From: an uncultured Chloroflexia bacterium
GTDB taxonomy: Bacteria > Chloroflexota > Anaerolineae > CG2-30-64-16
DNA length: 64,000 nucleotides
Reading direction: 5' to 3'
Assembly (NCBI GenBank): GCA_963774265.1
Contig: CAVZDU010000002.1
Coordinates: forward strand, 1 to 64,000
Position numbers and translations under genes: made by a program. Below the pieces are notes generated by a model. It was not told the DNA's origin. It made no database searches and worked only from the letters and a program-made list of their open reading frames with translations. Position 1 is the stretch's first letter. Each line of letters opens with the position of its first letter. Positions 20,821 through 30,860 of this stretch are shown here, one piece after another.

Positions 20821-21748
20821 ATGACCAAGAAGGGCGATTTCCTTAGCCTGGCGGATTTCAGCAGCAAGCAGATTTGGGCGTGGCTCCAGTTGGCGCGCGA
20901 CCTCAAGGTGGAACGGCAGGCCGGCGAAAACAAACCCATCCTGCATGGGAAAGTTCTTGGCATGATCTTCCAAAAGCCATCGCTGCGTACACGCGTTAGC
21001 TTTGAAATGGGTATGAAGCACCTGGGCGGCGATGCTCTTTATCTGTCACCGCAGGAAATCGGGCTGGGGGGACGTGAAAGTGTGGCCGATGTAGCCGCGC
21101 GTCCTGTCGCGCTATGTCGATGGTATCATGGCGCGCGTTTTTGCGCACGACCACGTCGTGGAACTCGCTAAGTTCAGTCGCGTGCCGGTCATCAATGGCC
21201 TCTCCGATTTCACGCATCCGTGTCAGGGACTTACCGATCTGTTCACCATCTGGGAGAAGCTTGGCCGGCTGTCCGGCGTGAAACTGACCTACGTAGGTGA
21301 CGGCAACAACGTTGCGGCGTCGCTGATGTTCGGCGGCGCCAAGCTAGGGATGCATGTGACGGTGGGAACGCCACTGGGGTACGAGCCGCAGCAGCCGGTG
21401 ATAGACACGGCGCGTAAGTTCGCGTCGGAAAATGGGGGGTCGATCACCGTCACAAGTGACCCCCTTGAGGCAGCTGCGGATGCAGACGTGATTTACACGG
21501 ATGTTTGGACGAGTATGGGGCAAGAAGCCGAGCAGGCACGCCGGGCGGAGGTTTTCCCACCGTTCCAGGTGAATAGGCGTTTGCTTGCGGTTGCGAAGCC
21601 GACCGCAATCGTCATGCACTGCTTGCCAGCACACCGGGGACAAGAAGTTACCGACGAGGTGGCCGATGGGCCACATTCGGTCCTGTTTGATCAGGCCGAA
21701 AACCGAATGCATGCGCAGAAGGCGATCTTAGCCGATCTTTTGGGCTAG
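20821..21748 (+). CDS. argF: Ornithine carbamoyltransferase; frameshift near 21095
   Basis: [47 protein letters not shown]. Confidence 0.93.
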
Positions 21749-21766
21749 ACACACTGGGGAACCGCA

Positions 21767-22594
21767 GTGCTGGAACAGGTCCGAGCGTTCGTTGAACGAG
21801 CTACAGTAGAGCTTGTCGGTCTGGCGCCACAATTCACGTGGTCGAGCGTCCTCGACATCTTGATGGTGGCCCTGGTTTTCTACGGGGTGTTTCGTCTGTT
21901 CCAGGGGACGCAGGCGGTCGCGCTGCTGCGCGGCATCCTGGTCATAGCATTGATCTTCGTCCTGGCGGCCACCCGCTTTACGGCCTTTGGCTGGCTGTTG
22001 AAAAATGCGCTGCCGATGATCCTGGTGGCGGTTCCGGTCATCTTCCAACCGGAACTGCGTCGCGCTCTCGAGCGCCTGGGTCGTTCAGCACCCCTTGTAA
22101 TGGGTCGCAACCAACGTGAGACGTCGGCCCAGCAGGTCATCTACGAAGTAAGTCAGGCGGTCGAGGCGCTCGCGCGAGAACGCACAGGAGCACTGATTGT
22201 TCTCGAGGGCGACACCGGTCTCGAGGAATACATTGAATCAGGCGAGCGGATCGATGCTGGAGTCTCGGCGCGGCTCTTGACGACGGTCTTCTTTCCTGGC
22301 ACGCCGCTGCACGATGGTGCGGTCATTATCCGTGGTGACCGGGTCATAGCAGCGGCTTGTGTTTTGCCGTTGACCCAGCGTGACCTGGCAGATAGCTCGC
22401 TGGGAACGCGACATCGCGCAGCGGTAGGCATCACAGAGCAGAACGACGCGGTAGCCATCGTGGTGTCTGAAGAAACCGGTATTGTCTCACTGGCACGTGC
22501 CGGACGCATCGCACGTCGACTGGACGGGCAGCGGCTCAGAACGATCTTGCAGGCGTTTTACAAGCCGCGGCGCCTGTTTAATGGCGGATCATAG
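21767..22594 (+). CDS. cdaA: Diadenylate cyclase CdaA
   Basis: Three N-terminal TM helices, IFQPELRRALE, LHDGA, GTRHRAA, VSEETG. Confidence 0.93.
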   Translation: MLEQVRAFVERATVELVGLAPQFTWSSVLDILMVALVFYGVFRLFQGTQAVALLRGILVIALIFVLAATRFTAFGWLLKNALPMILVAVPVIFQPELRRALERLGRSAPLVMGRNQRETSAQQVIYEVSQAVEALARERTGALIVLEGDTGLEEYIESGERIDAGVSARLLTTVFFPGTPLHDGAVIIRGDRVIAAACVLPLTQRDLADSSLGTRHRAAVGITEQNDAVAIVVSEETGIVSLARAGRIARRLDGQRLRTILQAFYKPRRLFNGGS

Positions 22595-22597
22595 CTC

Positions 22598-23854
22598 ATG
22601 CAGAACTGGCTTTCGCGGTTAGGATCTGGGTTGCTGGCGCTCGCGCTCGCAGGATTGGTGTGGATCATCGCGGTGCGCGAGGAATACCCGCAAGCGGTCT
22701 TTCCCCAAACTGTGTCAGTCAACCGTTCAGGGTTGTCAGAAAAGCTAATCGTTTTCGGCGACATCCTGAGCGAGGTTCAGATTGAGATACGCGCCCCCAA
22801 GGCGCGTTGGAACAACCTGCAAGCGCGCGATTTTACAGCCTGGGTGGACCTGGCTGGACTTGCAGCGGGTGAATACGACGTGCCAGTGCAGGTGCTCTCA
22901 CCGGACCGACAGGTTCAGGTTACGGCAGTCGATCCCCCCCGGATTCGCGTCCGGCTTGAAGAGCGCAAAGAACGGTCGGTAGCAGTCAGCGTCAATGTGC
23001 TGGATGCCCCCGCGTCAGGCTACAATTGGCAGACGCCGGTGATTACCCCGACGCATGTGCTGGTCTCGGGGTCTGGTCCCTTGGTCGACCAGGTGGAAGT
23101 GGTCGCGGTCGATCTGTACTTGCGCGGTGCTCGTGGCAGTGTAGAACGGAGTCTTCGGGTGTCCGCACGCAGCGAAACCGGTGAGACGATCGGGTTCGTC
23201 ACGGTCAGCCCGCGCGACGTCACCGTGACAGTGCCAGTCTTTCAAATACCAGGATATCGCGAGCTTGCGGTCTTGGTGGCGCCGAAGGGCGATCCAGCTA
23301 AGGGCTATACTGTGAGCACTGTTTCGGCCGATCCCAAGCTCATCACCGTGCAAGGCGATCCGCGCGCCATTTCTGAGCTCAGCGGCTACATCACCGTGTC
23401 AGTCGACATCACCGGCGCCAGTCAGGATGTGGTCGAACGTGTGCCCCTGAAGTTGCCGGAGAGTATCTCGGCGTTGGGCAACCAGGCGGCCACGGTCCAG
23501 GTTAGCATTGTGCCGATTTCTGGAGTCGAGACCATTCGACGCAGGCCTCAGATTCAGGGTTTGGGTGCCGGGCTCTCATACACGCTCACGCTCGATGTGG
23601 TAAATGTGTTTCTGTCAGGACCCCTACCTAAGCTCTTGCTGCTGGGTGAGGATCAGGCATCGGTGGTGATCGACTTGACTGGGCTGGGACCAGGAGTTCA
23701 TGCAATTGAGCCGCAGGTGGTGGCGCCGAACGATGTGACCGTCGAAGGAGTTTCTCCGGGGACGATCGAGGTAACGATTGTTGCGCTTTCCACGCCGGCC
23801 CCAACGTTGACACCTGCGCCCACGGTGGCGCCGACGCCGACCAGACGAAAATAA
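22598..23854 (+). CDS. cdaR: CdaR/YbbR-family regulator
   Basis: N-terminal TM, repeated YbbR units (VDLAGLAAGEYDVPVQV; IDLTGLGPGVH), directly after cdaA. Confidence 0.85.
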   Translation: MQNWLSRLGSGLLALALAGLVWIIAVREEYPQAVFPQTVSVNRSGLSEKLIVFGDILSEVQIEIRAPKARWNNLQARDFTAWVDLAGLAAGEYDVPVQVLSPDRQVQVTAVDPPRIRVRLEERKERSVAVSVNVLDAPASGYNWQTPVITPTHVLVSGSGPLVDQVEVVAVDLYLRGARGSVERSLRVSARSETGETIGFVTVSPRDVTVTVPVFQIPGYRELAVLVAPKGDPAKGYTVSTVSADPKLITVQGDPRAISELSGYITVSVDITGASQDVVERVPLKLPESISALGNQAATVQVSIVPISGVETIRRRPQIQGLGAGLSYTLTLDVVNVFLSGPLPKLLLLGEDQASVVIDLTGLGPGVHAIEPQVVAPNDVTVEGVSPGTIEVTIVALSTPAPTLTPAPTVAPTPTRRK

Positions 23855-23898
23855 CGCGCCGGCTGAGAGCCCCGAAGCAAGGAAGAGAGAAGTACGTT

Positions 23899-25277
23899 AT
23901 GCGGATGCCGATTGTCGCCCTGGTGGGTCGACCGAATGTTGGTAAATCGACGCTGTTAACCGACTGGTGGGGGAGCGCAAGTCAATTGTGGAGGATGACC
24001 CGGGCACCACCCGAGATCGACTTTACGCGCCGGCGGAGTGGACCAGCCGGCCTTTTCTTCTGGTCGATACAGGCGGCCTCGATATCGGCCGGACGGACAA
24101 GGCGCCGCAAAAGGCAGATCAGCTCGAAACGCTCAGCAAGACTTCACGCGATTTCGTGCGGGAAATCCGACAGCAAGCGGAGCTGGCGATCGACGAGGCG
24201 GACGTGGTGATTTTCCTTACGGACGCGAAGGACGGGCTTACCGAAGCTGATCGCGACGTCGCTGAGATCCTGCGGCGTTCAGGGCGACCAGTGATCCTGG
24301 CAGTGAACAAGGCTGATAACGAGAGCCGTCGACAGGACGCCCTGGAGTTTTACGAGCTGAATTTAGGCGAGCCGTATGCGATCTCCGCCCTGCACGGCAC
24401 GGGCACCGGGGATCTGCTGGACGCGGTTGTCGAGCGAATTCCGAATATACCTGAGGAACCGGAAAGCAGTGCAGTACGCATCGGCATCGTAGGGCGTCCA
24501 AATGTAGGGAAATCCTCCATCCTGAACGCGCTGCTCCAGACGGAAAGAGTCATCGTCAGCCCCATCGCCGGCACCACCCGTGACGCTATTGACACAGAGC
24601 TTACCTGGCAAGGACAACGGATCATCCTGATCGACACAGCCGGAATTCGCCGCCGGGGCCGAGTGGAGAGCGGCGTTGAGAAGTACAGCGTGTTGCGCGC
24701 GGTGAACGCGATTCAGCGCTGTGATGTCGTGCTGTTGATCATCGATGCCACAGACGGTGTTACGGCGCAGGATGCTCACGTCACGAATTTCATTCTCGAG
24801 GCGTACAAAAGCGTCGCGGTGATTATCAACAAATGGGACGCGATCGAGGACAAGGACACAGACACGATGAACAAGTTCACGGCTGACGTGCGCCAGAGGC
24901 TGAAGTTCCTCGACTACGTTCCCGTGCTCTTTGTCTCCGCAAAAACAAAGCAGCGGGTCAGCAAGGTTCTGCCGCTCGCCATGAGCATCGCCGCGCAGCG
25001 GAACATTCGCATACCGACCAGCGAGCTGAATCGTATTCTGCGCGACGCAATGGTGGCCCATCCAGCGCCCAGCCGCAAAGGCAAGCCACTCAAGTTCCTG
25101 TACGCGACACAAGCTGAGGTGGCGCCGCCAACCATCATCGTGTTTGTCAACGACAAGGAGTTGGTCCACTTTTCCTACGAGCGATTCTTGGAGAACCGAA
25201 TCCGTGAGGTGTATCCCTTCGAGGGGACGCCAATTCGATTGTTCTTCCGGAGCCGAGACGAGCGCCAGGAGCCATAA
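23899..25277 (+). CDS. der: Ribosome biogenesis GTPase Der; frameshift near 23956
   Basis: Two G-domains (GRPNVGKS twice, DTGG/DTAG, NKAD/NKWD) and C-terminal FEGTPIRL. Confidence 0.95.
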
Positions 25278-26245
25278 TGGCAAAGGGAATATCCGCCTGG
25301 ATCCGAGAGCGTTGGCTGGAGAATATGTTGTTCCTCGGATTCGCCGCGATCATCGCCTGGTTTGGCTACATGATCGCGCCGACAGTGGCACCACTTCTGC
25401 CCGAGTCGTTGAGTCGGAGTTTCGATGGCAGGGCGGCCTATCGGCACGTCATAGCCCAGGTAGAGATCGGACCACGAGCGACCGGGTCAGAGGGCAGTCG
25501 TCAAACTCAGCAATACATACTCGAGCGGTTGGCCAAATACCATTGGAGCACCGAGGTGCAGGCCTACCGGTATCGGGGAACCAGCGCCGCCAATATCATC
25601 GCCAAGACCGGGCAAGGGAAAGGCCCTATCATACTCATTGGCGCGCATTACGACACCCGGCGCCGTGCAGATCAGGACCTAGTCGCGCAGGAGCGGAACC
25701 AACCGGTGCCCGGTGCGAACGATGGCGCCAGCGGCGTTGCTGTGCTCCTGGAGCTGGCGCGTGCCCTGGATAAGGGCAGTCTGCAAAATGAGGTTTGGCT
25801 GGTTTTCTTCGATGCTGAAGACAACGGCCGCTTGGATAACTGGCAGTATCTCGCCGGCTCCATATACTTCGCTGACAATTTGATCACCAACCCAGCGGCG
25901 GTCATTATCGTAGATATGGTCGGCGACGCGGATCAGCAGCTGTACAAGGAACAGAACTCGACGCCTTGGCTGGTTGAGCAGGTGTGGGCGAAGGCGGCGG
26001 CGCTGGGGTATGATCAGTACTTTCTACCGACTGCCAAGCATAGTATGTTGGACGACCACACGCCTTTCCTGCGCAAGGGCATCCCAGCGATCGATATCAT
26101 CGATTTCGATTATCCGTATTGGCATACGACCCAAGATACAGCAGACAAAGTATCCGGCGACTCACTGGCGCGGGTCGGGCGTGTGATAGAGTCTCTGCTT
26201 GAAAGTGCCGAGATTCAGATCGATAGGAGCCAGAATACCCCGTGA
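25277..26245 (+). CDS. M28 peptidase / glutaminyl-cyclase-like, membrane anchored
   Basis: GAHYDTR, GANDGASGVA, FFDAED, DMVGD, DDHTPF, YWHT. Confidence 0.88.
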   Translation: MAKGISAWIRERWLENMLFLGFAAIIAWFGYMIAPTVAPLLPESLSRSFDGRAAYRHVIAQVEIGPRATGSEGSRQTQQYILERLAKYHWSTEVQAYRYRGTSAANIIAKTGQGKGPIILIGAHYDTRRRADQDLVAQERNQPVPGANDGASGVAVLLELARALDKGSLQNEVWLVFFDAEDNGRLDNWQYLAGSIYFADNLITNPAAVIIVDMVGDADQQLYKEQNSTPWLVEQVWAKAAALGYDQYFLPTAKHSMLDDHTPFLRKGIPAIDIIDFDYPYWHTTQDTADKVSGDSLARVGRVIESLLESAEIQIDRSQNTP

Positions 26246-27405
26246 GAAGCGCGCATCGGCTTGAATCGCTACCTTTGTACGTGTTCGCCACCCTGGACGT
26301 CAAACTCAAGACCTTGCGTTCCCAGGGCATCGATGTAATCAGGCTGGATATAGGCAGTCCTGATGGCCCGCCGCCCGGCTTCGTTATTGAGTCACTGGCC
26401 CAGAGCGCCGCGGATCCCACGCGCCACGGCTACGCGGGGTATACCGGTACGCCGCGCCTGCGCGAGGCGATGGTTGACTACTATGCGCGGCGCTTCGGTG
26501 TTATGGTCGATGTTTCCACAGAGGTGCTGCCGCTGATCGGCTCTAAGGAGGGTATCGCAAACATCGCGCTCGCGTGGCTCGATCCCGGAGATATTGCGCT
26601 GGTGCCTGATCCGGGATATCCGACGTATGCCGCAAGCGTGGCATTAGCAGGGGGGCGAGCGCACCTAATGCCTCTGGACGAAAAAAACGGGTGGCTGCCC
26701 AACTTCAACACAATACCCGAGACGGTGGCACGCGAGGCTCGGCTGATGTGGCTCAATTACCCGAACAATCCTACGGGGGCAGTCGCGCCCCGCGCTTTCT
26801 TCGAGGAGGCGGTGGCTTTTTGCCGGCAGTACGAAATCCTGCTGTGCCATGATGCCCCGTATGCAGATGTGTGTTTCGATGGTTACCGGGCGCCCAGCCT
26901 GCTGGAGGCGCCGGGCGCTAAAGACGTTGCGGTGGAGTTCAACTCGCTTTCCAAGTCGCACAATATGGCCGGGTGGCGTGTGGGTATGGCTGTGGGAAAT
27001 TCCACCGCGGTCTCAGCGCTACTTCAGACAAAAAGCAACATCGATAGCGGTATCTTCCTTGCGGTCCAGGACGCCGCCGTGGCGGCACTGACAGGTGATC
27101 AAGACTGGATCCAAGCCCGGAATACCGAGTACAAACTCCGTCGCGATGCTATGTACGATGTATTGGTTAACGACCTTGGCCTTGACGTCACCCTTCCTTC
27201 TGCAGGTCTTTATCTCTGGCCGAGGGTGCCTGCCGGGTACACCGCTGCCGAATTCGCAGATAAGATCCTGATGGCTACCGGTGTAAGCCTGACGCCCGGT
27301 TCAGCGTTCGGAGTACACGGCGAAGGCCACCTGCGCATCTCACTTGGACAAACAACGGATCGTTTCATGACCGCGGTGGAGCGGCTGAGGGGATTGAAGT
27401 TCTAG
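26242..27405 (+). CDS. Class I/II PLP aminotransferase (LL-diaminopimelate aminotransferase-like)
   Basis: LIGSKEG, PDPGYP, LNYPNNPTG, HDAPY, FNSLSKSHNMAGWRVG. Confidence 0.85.
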   Translation: MRSAHRLESLPLYVFATLDVKLKTLRSQGIDVIRLDIGSPDGPPPGFVIESLAQSAADPTRHGYAGYTGTPRLREAMVDYYARRFGVMVDVSTEVLPLIGSKEGIANIALAWLDPGDIALVPDPGYPTYAASVALAGGRAHLMPLDEKNGWLPNFNTIPETVAREARLMWLNYPNNPTGAVAPRAFFEEAVAFCRQYEILLCHDAPYADVCFDGYRAPSLLEAPGAKDVAVEFNSLSKSHNMAGWRVGMAVGNSTAVSALLQTKSNIDSGIFLAVQDAAVAALTGDQDWIQARNTEYKLRRDAMYDVLVNDLGLDVTLPSAGLYLWPRVPAGYTAAEFADKILMATGVSLTPGSAFGVHGEGHLRISLGQTTDRFMTAVERLRGLKF

Positions 27406-27428
27406 GGAGGTTTTTTATCAGAACGCAG

Positions 27429-28733
27429 TTGCGGGAGACGCAAGCGCCGCAGGAGACGGCGCTGCTGGTGGGAATTGAACTAAAGGGAAGGGCTGCACTC
27501 TGGTCCATGGCAGACTCGCTGGCGGAGTTGGCGTTGCTTGCCGATACGGCCGGTTTGAAGGTGATTGGCGCCCTGGAACAGCGACTGGAGCGACCAAACC
27601 CGGCGACCCTGATCGGCTCAGGCAAGGTCGAGGAATTAGTCGCGCTGCGGGCGGATACAGGCGCTGGCGTGATTATCTTCGATGAGGAATTGTCGCCCGC
27701 ACAGCAACGCGAGCTTGAAAAGGCGATTCGTGACGACAACGTCAAGGTGCTGGATCGCACTGCGCTGATCCTCGATATCTTCGCTCAGCACGCGCATACC
27801 CGGGAAGGGGCGCTCCAGGTGGAGTTGGCGCAGCTCGAGTATCGCCTGCCTCGGCTAACGCGCGCCTGGACGCACCTCGCACGGCAGGCGGGTGGCGCTG
27901 CGGCACACGGTGGGGCAGGGGGTGTGGGCCTGCGTGGCCCCGGTGAAACCCAGTTGGAGGTCGACCGACGCGAGATCAGCAAACGGATCGCACATCTGAA
28001 GGGTGAACTGGAAGAAGTGCGCAAACACCGCTCCCAATACCGCCGTCGTCGTAGTGAAGAGGCCATCCCGGTGCTTGCACTCGTCGGTTACACCAATGCT
28101 GGCAAGTCGACGCTGCTCAATGCACTGAGCGGTTCTGACATCTATGCTGCGGACCAGCTTTTTGCAACCCTGGATCCTACCACGCGGCGCGTGAAGTTGC
28201 CTGGCGGGCGGGAACTGCTGGTGACTGACACCGTGGGTTTCATCCAGAAGCTGCCCACCGCGCTGGTCGCCTCCTTCCGCGCGACCCTGGAAGAGATCCG
28301 CGACGCCGACGTAATCGTTCACGTTGTAGACATAACGCATGAAAACGTTGAAGAACAGGTCGCCACGGTCATGAAGGTGTTGGGGGATCTGGAGGCTACA
28401 GACCAGCCGCTCATTACTGCCTTGAACAAGGTGGATCTATTGCCCGACGCCGAGGACATAGATTTATCGGAGGCGGGATTGCCCAATTCCGTGCCCATCT
28501 CGGCATTGACAGGGCAGGGGCTGCCGGACTTGCTGGCACGACTGGAACAGGTGCTTGACGAAGATATGACCTTGATCGACGTGTATTTGCCGTATGAGCG
28601 GGGCGATCTGTTGGCCCTCATTCACCAACGTGGGATGATCATTCGAGAGACACACGAAGAGACAGGAACGGCCGTGGTCGCGCGTATTCCGTTGAAAATC
28701 GCACCGCGTTTTGATCCCTTTTCGCGAATCTGA
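27429..28733 (+). CDS. hflX: Ribosome-splitting GTPase HflX
   Basis: LILDIFAQHA, RGPGETQLEVDRR, GYTNAGKS, LFATLD, DTVGF. Confidence 0.95.
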   Translation: MRETQAPQETALLVGIELKGRAALWSMADSLAELALLADTAGLKVIGALEQRLERPNPATLIGSGKVEELVALRADTGAGVIIFDEELSPAQQRELEKAIRDDNVKVLDRTALILDIFAQHAHTREGALQVELAQLEYRLPRLTRAWTHLARQAGGAAAHGGAGGVGLRGPGETQLEVDRREISKRIAHLKGELEEVRKHRSQYRRRRSEEAIPVLALVGYTNAGKSTLLNALSGSDIYAADQLFATLDPTTRRVKLPGGRELLVTDTVGFIQKLPTALVASFRATLEEIRDADVIVHVVDITHENVEEQVATVMKVLGDLEATDQPLITALNKVDLLPDAEDIDLSEAGLPNSVPISALTGQGLPDLLARLEQVLDEDMTLIDVYLPYERGDLLALIHQRGMIIRETHEETGTAVVARIPLKIAPRFDPFSRI

Positions 28734-28797
28734 CTTGAAGAGCCACTTATCCGGTCGGGGAGAAAGCAGCGACACTGCTCACCCTGGAGCAGAGCAG

Positions 28798-29454
28798 GTG
28801 ACTGTCGCTGCTTTCTTTGACATGGACAACACGCTGCTGAGTGCTGCATCGGGTCGATTATACCTGAAGTGGTTGCGACAAACAGGCCAACTGCCGCTGC
28901 ACCGATGGGCATATGTTGCGTTGCAGACAGCACTATACATAATTGGTGCCGTCGATTTTCCGCGTCTCATGAGCCGGCTGATGATATATGCGGCGAGATC
29001 CAGTGAGTCTGAGGCCTGGCGGATGAGTGAGGCCTGGTTTGAATCCACGCTGCAACAAGCGATTGCCCCAGGGGGCCGGCAGCAGATCGACTGGCATCAG
29101 CGGCAGGGCCACCACGTTGCAATAGTTTCTGCGGCAACGCCATATGCAGTCAAGCCAGTTTCCGAGGCCTTGGGCCTCGGTGATGCCTTCCTGGCGACCG
29201 AGCTGGAAGTGATCGATGGATGTTTCACTGGCCGGGTTCGGGAGCCGGCCTGCTTTGGAGCGGGCAAAGTGATCCGGACGCAGGCTTACGCAAGCGCTCG
29301 GCAGATCGACCTTAAGTTGAGCTACTTTTACAGCGACAGTGCGTCAGATTTGCCTTTGCTTGAGGCCGTTGGGCATCCCATCGCCGTGAACCCGAGCCGA
29401 AAACTGGCGCACGTCGCAGGGAGACGCGGGTGGCCCGTCCTGAGATTCTACTGA
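28798..29454 (+). CDS. HAD-IB family hydrolase
   Basis: FFDMDNTL, IVSAA, GAGK, YSDSASDLPLL...VNP. Confidence 0.88.
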   Translation: MTVAAFFDMDNTLLSAASGRLYLKWLRQTGQLPLHRWAYVALQTALYIIGAVDFPRLMSRLMIYAARSSESEAWRMSEAWFESTLQQAIAPGGRQQIDWHQRQGHHVAIVSAATPYAVKPVSEALGLGDAFLATELEVIDGCFTGRVREPACFGAGKVIRTQAYASARQIDLKLSYFYSDSASDLPLLEAVGHPIAVNPSRKLAHVAGRRGWPVLRFY

Positions 29455-29620
29455 TGGCGCCGCGCTTTCGATGGTCTCACAAATGCGAAAAGGTTATGTA
29501 AAATAATTCGCAATCTTGCATGTTCACACTATATATGTTATGTAGACTTTTGCCCTGTACACATTCGTGAATTGACATAATCAAGAGACATTATTGACTG
29601 CGAGAGGAGCCCCTCAAAAT

Positions 29621-30802
29621 ATGCGTCACATTTGGCGCAACCTGTTCACTGGATTGCTCGTGTTGGCCGCGATAGCTGGTATATTCGCGGGCGGCTATTA
29701 CTTCGGGGCGAGAAAGACTGCGGACTCGGCACTGCCCGCAGAGTTCGACGCGCTTCAGGCAGTGCGCGGCCTGTTGGAGCGCTCTTTCATCGGCGAAATC
29801 CCGAGCAGCCAGGAGCAGGCTTGGGGCGCGACGCATGGCATGGTCGCCGCATATGGGGATCCATATACGGTGTTTGTTGAACCGGCACCCAGGGAGATGG
29901 AACGTGATGATTTACGCGGCCATTTCGGGGGCATTGGCGCCTATATGGGTCGCGATGAACAGGGACACCTCGTGATCACTGTCATGCGCGATCGGCCTGC
30001 GGCACGCGCGGGCGTTCAAGACAATGATATCCTGCTCGAGGTGGATGGCCAGCCCATCACAGCGGCTATGACGGTCGAAGAAGTCGTGGCACTGGTGCGT
30101 GGGCCGGAGAACACTGATGTGGCTTTAACCCTGCAGCGCCCTCCATCTTCTGAGCCCTTCACTGTCACAGTCAGCCGCGAGCGGATCGAGACGCCAAGCG
30201 TTGAGTGGCGCGTGCTTGACGAGGGGCAGAATGTGGGATATGCGCGCATCGCTCTTTTTGGTGAGCGCACAGCGGATGAACTACGCGCCGGCTTGGGCGA
30301 ATTGGCTGCCGCGGGGATAAACAAGTTGGTGCTCGACCTGCGCGGCAATGGCGGAGGTCTGGTGGACGCCGCCATTGATATTTCGAGCCAATTCATGCGC
30401 GAGGGTGATGTGCTGCGAGAAGTGAAGCGCGGCAGCCAGGAGCGTTATTATCCTGTCAAACCTACCCACAGCCCGGCGCAGGACTGGGAAATCGTCCTGC
30501 TGGTGGATGGCGGCACCGCCAGTGCCTCGGAGATTGTCGCTGGCGCGTTGCGGGACCAGGGACGAGCGACCTTGATCGGCGAGAAAACGTATGGCAAGGG
30601 CTCGGTCCAGGAGGTCCATGAATTCGCTGATGGCTCATCCTTGCACGTGACTGTCGCACGTTGGCTGACACCGAAGCGCCAGCAGATCGATGGCTCCGGG
30701 CTTGAGCCGGACATAGTCGTGGCCTTGACACAGGACGATCTCGATAACGGTCGCGATCCGCAAATCGCACGTGCGCGGGCATGGCTGAATGGTGAGCATT
30801 AA
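29621..30802 (+). CDS. S41A C-terminal processing protease (CtpA-like), copy 1
   Basis: N-terminal TM, DPYT, FGGIG + PDZ, DLRGNGGG, TASASE, GKGSVQ. Confidence 0.92.
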   Translation: MRHIWRNLFTGLLVLAAIAGIFAGGYYFGARKTADSALPAEFDALQAVRGLLERSFIGEIPSSQEQAWGATHGMVAAYGDPYTVFVEPAPREMERDDLRGHFGGIGAYMGRDEQGHLVITVMRDRPAARAGVQDNDILLEVDGQPITAAMTVEEVVALVRGPENTDVALTLQRPPSSEPFTVTVSRERIETPSVEWRVLDEGQNVGYARIALFGERTADELRAGLGELAAAGINKLVLDLRGNGGGLVDAAIDISSQFMREGDVLREVKRGSQERYYPVKPTHSPAQDWEIVLLVDGGTASASEIVAGALRDQGRATLIGEKTYGKGSVQEVHEFADGSSLHVTVARWLTPKRQQIDGSGLEPDIVVALTQDDLDNGRDPQIARARAWLNGEH

Positions 30803-30860
30803 GCGTGGATTGCACAAAGGCATATAATGAACGGTGACACACAGATTGAGGAATGACCGA

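Noticed and set aside
23790-23845. Pro/Thr low-complexity repeats (also near 31050-31160) and the NHL repeats
   Set aside because: Protein-level linkers and domain repeats, not DNA repeat arrays; no CRISPR-like repeat-spacer periodicity was seen in the window.
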